Origin: an uncultured Candidatus Saccharibacteria bacterium
GTDB lineage: Bacteria; Patescibacteriota; Minisyncoccia; Phycocordibacterales; UBA9973
Reading direction: 5' to 3'
Length of the DNA stretch: 64,000 nt
Assembly (NCBI GenBank): GCA_964573395.1
Contig: CAZNJI010000005.1
Coordinates: 7,759-71,758, forward strand
Position numbers and translations under genes: made by a program. Under the pieces are notes generated by a model. That model was not told where the DNA came from. It saw only the letters and a program-made list of their open reading frames with translations, and did not search any database. Positions 57,874 through 64,000 of this stretch are shown here, in pieces; the first letter of the stretch is position 1, and every line of letters begins with the position of its first letter.

Positions 57874-58269
57874 CTAGTTAGCTGACGTAGTTGAGGTTCC
57901 CGATGTCTGAGCACCGATATTGATTGGAGCGACCGTGATAATTTTTTTCGCCACAGGATCGTACAGAATTGCCTTCTTGGCATTCGTGTAAATCAGCACC
58001 TTATCTCCCTGTTTTGCGCCAGAGAAGAACGCTTGCGTCTTTAACTGTTCTGGGTCAGAAACGGTAGCAATGGTTGGAACTTCGTCAGTTGGAACCACAA
58101 TGAGTTTTCCAACTTCGCTCGCAAGTTCCTGGGCCTCTGCCTGAGCGATTTTCTGCGGATCAGCCTGCGCTACGTTAAATTGCCGGTAGAAATACACGGT
58201 TGAAGCCGCCAGAGCGACGGTAAGCACAACGAGTAATGGGAAAACGAATCGCGGAAGTGTTTTTGGCAT
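57874..58269 (-). CDS. Hypothetical N-terminally anchored protein
   Basis: 131-aa ORF with an N-terminal TM. Confidence 0.4.
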   Translation of the reverse strand: MPKTLPRFVFPLLVVLTVALAASTVYFYRQFNVAQADPQKIAQAEAQELASEVGKLIVVPTDEVPTIATVSDPEQLKTQAFFSGAKQGDKVLIYTNAKKAILYDPVAKKIITVAPINIGAQTSGTSTTSAN

Positions 58270-58399
58270 ATAAACTGATTAATCTACTACTAATAAATAG
58301 TGGCTTTAGTATAGCATATTCCAAAAAAGACAAGCTGATTTTTAGCCTGGCAAATGGCTTTAAAACGCTTGGTTTGTCTGCCTAAAATGATATGATAGC

Positions 58400-59338
58400 T
58401 TGGTGAAATTACTCAAAAATCCTTTACTGACGGCACTAACGGTAAGCGTTTTATTGAACGTTTTTTTTACGATAAAAACCATCCTGCAAGAAAATGAAGC
58501 TAAACAAAGCTCCCGTTACGAATACCTTTCAAAGAGAATCTTTGCTGAAAACCAGAATGACATTCTTATTAACTTTACTCCCCTACGCGAAGCATTAAGA
58601 GCTTATGTCGGAAAACAGCCGCATCCAATAGGAGTTTACTTTGAATATTTGCCGGCCGGAACATCCATCGGAGTAAACGATTCGCTTGAAACGAAAATTG
58701 CCAGCCTCATTAAAATTCCGGTCGTTATGGCGGCATACAAAGCGATCGAAGAAAAGAAAATAACGCTCGATCAAGTTATCACCGTCGGTGAAGATGACAT
58801 CGATCCTACGTTCGGCGCACTATGGGAAAAAGGCCCTGGCACTACGCTTACCGTAAAGGAAACAATCGATCTTGCGTTAAAAGAATCAGATAATACGGCA
58901 ACTCGGGCGCTTACCGACGCTTTGCCTGAATTTTCAATCGAGCGAGTGTTCAATAGTCTTGATATTCCTAAAAATAAAGAAGAAAACTATATTTTGATAT
59001 CTCCGAAAAATTACACTTCCATTTTGCGAAGCTTGTATCTGAGTTCGTATTTAGAACAGGAAGATTCAGATGCAATACTAGAAACGCTTACTCAAACGAA
59101 GTACAACGACAAACTGCCTGCAGGAGTCGAAGAAAAGGTACCGGTCGCTCATAAAATTGGAACCTATAACATCGATGACCGCCAAGAATCTGTCTATAGC
59201 GACTGCGGCATTGTGTATGTCCCAAACCGGCCCTACAGCTTATGCATTATGATGCATGGATATGCCGAAGAAGAAGTTCGCCAGCATATGCAACTCATTT
59301 CAAATATGGTGTACCAGTACATAGTGAAAGTTAATTAA
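58400..59338 (+). CDS. Serine hydrolase related to class A beta-lactamases
   Basis: SxxK (ASLIK), SDN (KESDNTA) and a KxG-like HKIGT element, after an N-terminal TM. Confidence 0.5.
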   Translation: MVKLLKNPLLTALTVSVLLNVFFTIKTILQENEAKQSSRYEYLSKRIFAENQNDILINFTPLREALRAYVGKQPHPIGVYFEYLPAGTSIGVNDSLETKIASLIKIPVVMAAYKAIEEKKITLDQVITVGEDDIDPTFGALWEKGPGTTLTVKETIDLALKESDNTATRALTDALPEFSIERVFNSLDIPKNKEENYILISPKNYTSILRSLYLSSYLEQEDSDAILETLTQTKYNDKLPAGVEEKVPVAHKIGTYNIDDRQESVYSDCGIVYVPNRPYSLCIMMHGYAEEEVRQHMQLISNMVYQYIVKVN

Positions 59339-62300
59339 ACTGTTGGTTCCGGTGTAGATTTCTGTACTGGTTCCTCTACCGGTGCCGGGTCAGGAGTTGA
59401 TTCAGGAACGGTTGGTTCTGGGGTTGGCGTAGTTTCTGCTGGTGGTGGAGCCGGCTCAGGTGTTGGTGATGGTTGCGGCTTTGATTCTTCTATAGGAGTA
59501 ACCTCAGGTGTAGTTTCAGGTTCAGGTTGAGGTTGAGGAACTACCGGATCTTCTGCCGGTGCTGGATCAGGAGTTGGTTCTGGTGTAGTTGCTTCAGGAG
59601 CAGCAGGTTCTGGCGTTGGTGTTGGTTCTACTGGTGGCGGAGTTGGTTCAGGCGATGCTGATGGCTCTGGTTGTACTGCTTCTGGAGGAGCAATGTCTAA
59701 CCCTTCAAAGACGCTTTCGTACACAGCCGGGTCTTTACTTGCAAGCGCGGTCCATGAGAAGCGGATATCACGCACTGCAGGCTTATTCAAGAGAATCGTA
59801 AATCCTGTCTTGCTCTTATCAACAATTAAGAACTGGATTCCGGCATTAAAGAACGCTTCGGCTTCTGCATCGGTCATGTCATCAGCTGATTCGAATGAGA
59901 TGGAAGCATTCGTTGCCGGTTCAACCATGTACTCGTTCTCAAAGTCGATTCTGACGCGACGATCACCTTCTTTAATAAGTGCAAATCCGGCAGTGTCTTT
60001 ATTAAAGAGCGGAGGCAATGCGAACTCTACTGCCCCGCCAAAGGTAACAGCTTCATTGAAGACGGTTGCTCCACTGAAGAAGCTTAATCCGTTAAAGTCG
60101 GCCTGGCCGTTGAAGGCGCTCTCTCCTGAAACAGTTAATTTGCCTGCCGTAAGTTCAGCTATCGTAAAGGTTTCGTTCTCTCCAAAGAAGCTTTCAATAA
60201 GTGCGAGTCTTCCTGCGAGCCCTTCTTGAGCAGTCGCAAGTTCCGTAAGGTATGCCGCTCCGTCTACGCCGGCTTCCTGCAGCGCGCTAATTTGAGATGC
60301 AAGCGCATGTACCGCTGAAGCGGTCAGCGCAAGCGATTCCTGCCCTTCGCCAAGCACTGCCAAGCGGTTCGTAATGGTTTCAAGGCCGGTGATTTTACCT
60401 GCTTCAATTTCAGTTGCAGTAATCTTGCCAGCGAACGTTCCGTTGCCAAGCGCGTCGAAGGTAATAATCGGTTCAACCGTGGTACTCGTGGTGCCGTCCT
60501 CGGCGGTTATGGTAACTTCTTTGCCTATCGTAAATGGACTACCATCGGTAAGCACCAATCCTATTCCATCTTCTCCGGCAGGCCGTATCGTATTTACTTC
60601 GAGCGTATCGGTAATTACCTGCGGCGTAATGATTTCAAGCCCAGCAACAAGTCGGTCGGTAATAATTTCAGACATGTTTACTTCCGCTTCGTTTCCGTAA
60701 AGCTCTTTCTGGTTCACAAAATACTCCAATGCAGTTTTGCTAAGGTTTTGCTCGGTAAGCAATGCAGAGTCAGTTCCCGGAGGAGGGAGCAAGTCTTTTA
60801 AGTTTGTACCGTTATAGCTACCAGTTTTTACAAACATCAATACCGAGCCAACATCTTCACCGTCGTAAGAATCAAGCGCAACACCAATTACCGTGCTAGC
60901 TTTAGTCGCCTTCATTGCCACCCCAGGAATTGAAGAGCTGGTGAGTGCATCGCCAACATTAATTGCACCGTTTTCCGTACTTACCTTAACTGGTACGCGC
61001 CCAGAGAGAGCAACCATAACCGGCGTACCACCATCTGGTTGGATATCACCTATTACCAACCCCGGCTTGGTGGTAACAACGCCAAGCAAATTTTTGCCAT
61101 ACGCACCTTCTGATGCTTTTACTCCAGCAGAAAGTTGACTATCGGTCATTACTACTGTTCCCGGCGAGAGAGTGCCACCTTTGGCATAGTACACTTCGGC
61201 CAAATCGGCTCCAGAAACTTTATATGCTGTAACATAGCTTCCGGCATATACAGTTGTTGTACCACTTGTTGCAACCTGCCCTACCTGCAGTTGAACATCA
61301 CCAGCAGTACCGGCTGTTACTATTGTTCCTGTTACCCATATCGAATCAGTCGTAGTTGTTGCTATGGCCAAATTTCCTGAAGTTGTTCCACAAGCAACAT
61401 TTGCTACGGAAAGAGCTTCCTCCATGATATTAAAACTGATATCACAAGTAGAGCCTGTAGGGGCATCTATATCTCCTTTAAAATCTGCCGTTGAGTTTGA
61501 TGAAAACTGCAAGTTCATCTGGAATATCCATGTTTCGTTTGCCCCAACCGGAAAGCCCATATTGTCGGTTGTATCAGAATTATTATCAACATCCTCAGGT
61601 GTCGTAGAAGTAGTTGTAAAGTTTCCGTCGAGTACATTATGAAATGTTGCCCGATCCGATCCGCACTCCCATACTGAACCTGATTCATCCCACTTCAATA
61701 CTTGGCCGTCAGCACAGCCCTGCAACAGCCCAATACCGCCTGTGCCTGCTTCCATTCCCGATGCGCTAGAAGTTGCCCCCGACCCATCACTGCTGGTAAG
61801 ATCAACCGTCCAAACTGAACCAGATGAAGCAACGGTAACATCGCCCTTATCGCCATCGCTTACCCCACCACCACCGCCACAGGCCTGCCATTCCAAAAGC
61901 GCACCGCCACCGGTTTCTGAAGTTAAACAGTATTCATCAGTAGCCGTTCCCTGCGTGGTAAGGTCGCCCCGTTCAATGCCTGCATCAAGCACACTAAACT
62001 CGCTAGTTGAAATAAGCGTTCCGTTCACGTTGAACAAATTGGTAAACGTTCCGCCGGCATCGATGAACTGGATGGCGTTCGTAACCGCAGTATTCGTGTC
62101 TGAGTTATCAATCACCAAAAGCGATTCAGTTGTTCCGGATGATGCTGCGTTGTCGATATAGATGCCGTATTGGTTGCCCGACGACGTTGCATTCGTAAGT
62201 GTTAGTGTTGCCAATTCTTCAGCCGTGCTTCCTGTAAGAGAAAGCGTGCTATTAAGTGCCGCTTCGGTAAAGTTAATGTCATGCTCGTCGGCATCAACCA

Positions 62301-64000
62301 CCAGAATGGTCGCCCCTGCCTGCTGCATTTCTCCCAGGCGATAAATGTTGCTTGAATCATCAGCTTCAAACACCGTTCCAGCGCCGTTGTTAAAGCGAAT
62401 CGTTCCAATGTCATCATCTACTTCTATGTAGTTACTATTGTTTGCGTTGTTGAAATCTCCGAGCGCTCCTATACCTGAGATCGGATCGACTTTGAAAAGG
62501 CCTCCAGTATAGCTTCCACCATTTACCTGCAGTCGTCCGTCAAAAAGGCCGGCATAGTTTGCAGTCGTTGCTCCTGATGCCGTTGCATAGAGCGCGACAT
62601 TCGTTGCACTCGCTCCGGTATGAGTATTGGAAAGATATGCGCCGTAGGTGGTGTTTGCCCCCGTTACCGCGCCGGCAGTTGAAATGTTTAATGCCTTCTG
62701 GCTTGAAATGCCTGCCGTACCGGTAACTGAAAGATCGAGCAGTGTTCCCGATGAAAGCGTGCTTGAAGCAATTGAGAATGCGGTTGCAGTCGTAGCGTTT
62801 ACCGTCCACGCAGTTTCTTCGCCTGAATCAAAGGTAAGTGCCTGATCGCCCGTTGGGTTCGAGATGCCGTTCCATGTCGAGCCGCCACCGACTCCGCAGC
62901 CGGTACATGAATTAACGGTTAAGTCTCCGAGAATTACCAAGTCGCCGTCTTCATCGAGCGTTAAGAGTGCCGTATTCGATGCCTGGCTTCCTTTTGCCAC
63001 ACCGAACACTTGCTGATCAGCCGTTGGGGAAGCACCTACTAAGATTTCAAAGAGCGGATCAGTGGTTGCAGTTGCTGCAGTTTGCGTGGTAGTGAAGAGG
63101 AGTTGATTATCAACGCCTTCATCGTATTCGATTGCCCAGTTCGCATCGTTTCCGAAGACAAAGTTGGTGTCGTCCTGTACTTCCCACACCCCCGTAATGT
63201 TCTCTGCGTCTGAGTCGAAGATGAGGGCTTCGATGGTGTTTTCGCCTGTAGCATCCACTGCATCAAGGCCGTTAATCGTACCAGTACCAGTAAGGGTAAG
63301 CGTTGCAGTTGAGAGAATGGTCGGACTGAGCGTGCCAGTGGAAGCATCATAGAGGAGTCCGCCATCCGTCTTTGGAGCAAGTGATCCCGTAGCAGAGTCG
63401 AAGATGGCCACGAATGAGGTGGCATCAGTGCCGTCAACGACAGTGACCGTTGAAGCAAGAGTAGCAAGATCAACGGTGATGTTGTTTGGAATATCACCAT
63501 CAGTGAGAGAGGCACAGGTTAAGTTGCCATTCGCTGCAATGGTGGTGGCGAAGGTATTTGCGGCACAGTCAGTTGGGTTGGCAGCAAGAGCGGTGGCGGT
63601 GTCAGCGTTGCCGGTTAATCCACCGATGAAGCTGGTGGCAGTGAGTGCATTGGTGCTGGCGTTGTATGTCAGGCCGGCGTCGGTGGCTGGAGCGAGTGAG
63701 CCAGTGGCTGCGGTGCCGAGCGCGACAAAGGTGGTGGTGTCGCCTCCGGCGTCAGCGAAGGTGACGGTGCCCGCGTTGCCGGTGACGGAAGTCTGGTCGC
63801 CGGTGTTAGTGCCGGAGACAGTCGTGGTACCAGAGACGGTGAAGGATTGTCCTTGGATGGAAGTGAGGTTGGCTAGTGTATCAATGGCACTTTCAATGGT
63901 GGTCTCGGTGGTGGCATCAATGGCATCAAGACCGTTGAGTGTGCCAGTGCCGGTTAAGGTGAGCGTATCAGTTGAAAGGGCGATGGCACCAAACGTTGCT
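59335..64000 (-). CDS. Giant repetitive cell-surface protein with a Pro/Thr/Glu-rich C-terminal tail. N-terminus lies outside the window (frame open to window end; the track start is an internal GTG).
   Basis: More than 1550 aa in the window. Internal repeats ATGSLAP(K/A)TD(G/A)GL(L/T)Y(D/N)AST and LTLTGTG(T)(I/L)NGLDA(V/I)DAT. The C-terminal 250 aa is PEPTP/PAPxE repeats. Confidence 0.7.
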   Translation of the reverse strand, partial: ATFGAIALSTDTLTLTGTGTLNGLDAIDATTETTIESAIDTLANLTSIQGQSFTVSGTTTVSGTNTGDQTSVTGNAGTVTFADAGGDTTTFVALGTAATGSLAPATDAGLTYNASTNALTATSFIGGLTGNADTATALAANPTDCAANTFATTIAANGNLTCASLTDGDIPNNITVDLATLASTVTVVDGTDATSFVAIFDSATGSLAPKTDGGLLYDASTGTLSPTILSTATLTLTGTGTINGLDAVDATGENTIEALIFDSDAENITGVWEVQDDTNFVFGNDANWAIEYDEGVDNQLLFTTTQTAATATTDPLFEILVGASPTADQQVFGVAKGSQASNTALLTLDEDGDLVILGDLTVNSCTGCGVGGGSTWNGISNPTGDQALTFDSGEETAWTVNATTATAFSIASSTLSSGTLLDLSVTGTAGISSQKALNISTAGAVTGANTTYGAYLSNTHTGASATNVALYATASGATTANYAGLFDGRLQVNGGSYTGGLFKVDPISGIGALGDFNNANNSNYIEVDDDIGTIRFNNGAGTVFEADDSSNIYRLGEMQQAGATILVVDADEHDINFTEAALNSTLSLTGSTAEELATLTLTNATSSGNQYGIYIDNAASSGTTESLLVIDNSDTNTAVTNAIQFIDAGGTFTNLFNVNGTLISTSEFSVLDAGIERGDLTTQGTATDEYCLTSETGGGALLEWQACGGGGGVSDGDKGDVTVASSGSVWTVDLTSSDGSGATSSASGMEAGTGGIGLLQGCADGQVLKWDESGSVWECGSDRATFHNVLDGNFTTTSTTPEDVDNNSDTTDNMGFPVGANETWIFQMNLQFSSNSTADFKGDIDAPTGSTCDISFNIMEEALSVANVACGTTSGNLAIATTTTDSIWVTGTIVTAGTAGDVQLQVGQVATSGTTTVYAGSYVTAYKVSGADLAEVYYAKGGTLSPGTVVMTDSQLSAGVKASEGAYGKNLLGVVTTKPGLVIGDIQPDGGTPVMVALSGRVPVKVSTENGAINVGDALTSSSIPGVAMKATKASTVIGVALDSYDGEDVGSVLMFVKTGSYNGTNLKDLLPPPGTDSALLTEQNLSKTALEYFVNQKELYGNEAEVNMSEIITDRLVAGLEIITPQVITDTLEVNTIRPAGEDGIGLVLTDGSPFTIGKEVTITAEDGTTSTTVEPIITFDALGNGTFAGKITATEIEAGKITGLETITNRLAVLGEGQESLALTASAVHALASQISALQEAGVDGAAYLTELATAQEGLAGRLALIESFFGENETFTIAELTAGKLTVSGESAFNGQADFNGLSFFSGATVFNEAVTFGGAVEFALPPLFNKDTAGFALIKEGDRRVRIDFENEYMVEPATNASISFESADDMTDAEAEAFFNAGIQFLIVDKSKTGFTILLNKPAVRDIRFSWTALASKDPAVYESVFEGLDIAPPEAVQPEPSASPEPTPPPVEPTPTPEPAAPEATTPEPTPDPAPAEDPVVPQPQPEPETTPEVTPIEESKPQPSPTPEPAPPPAETTPTPEPTVPESTPDPAPVEEPVQKSTPEPTV

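Noticed and set aside
63401-63420. Apparent ATG start of the giant protein at 63411
   Set aside because: Manual reading shows the codon is GTG inside a frame that stays open to the window end. My coordinate reading here was off by one against the track, so the exact position is uncertain, but the absence of an upstream stop in-window is clear.

Overview
This looks like a compact bacterial chromosome segment, possibly a CPR/Patescibacteria-like genome (short IF-2, TrbC/VirB2-like pilins, N-terminally anchored binding proteins). That lineage call is inference only.

The core gene order is: partial dprA, topA, a small Rel/SpoT homolog, parB, tRNA-Leu x2, miaA, a small hypothetical CDS, tRNA-Trp, rpmG, tRNA-Tyr, clpB, a cysteine desulfurase family protein, infB, rbfA, a five-tRNA block, gyrA, an S1-domain protein, pth, lepB, hisS, def, fmt, hpf and pyk.

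Accessory content, in order along the window:
- A cluster of four TrbC/VirB2-like (T4SS-pilin-like) genes at 17.6-21.2 kb. One carries ten Cys-containing NCDGxDD-type repeats.
- Two homologous two-hairpin modules, each ending in a copy of the 3' end of a nearby tRNA.
- A tRNA-Asn(GUU) gene split in the anticodon loop by a ~293-nt group-I-intron-like insert. It sits next to a large serine recombinase at the edge of an AT-rich island of about 11.5 kb (about 35.0-46.5 kb).
- Inside that island: an operon of a hypothetical protein, an HNH nuclease and a membrane protein; a DUF3800-like gene; a polysaccharide deacetylase; and an integron-like array of small genes separated by four conserved ~107-bp repeats, two followed by sigma70-like promoters.
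- Downstream of the island: an ECF sigma/anti-sigma pair, a PG-binding secreted protein, a VanY-like M15 peptidase, a cohesin-dockerin-like gene cluster, and a very large repetitive surface protein that runs off the window end.

All coordinates come from reading the printed sequence by eye. I found one possible 1-nt indexing inconsistency near 63.4 kb, so treat boundaries as accurate to about 3 nt.
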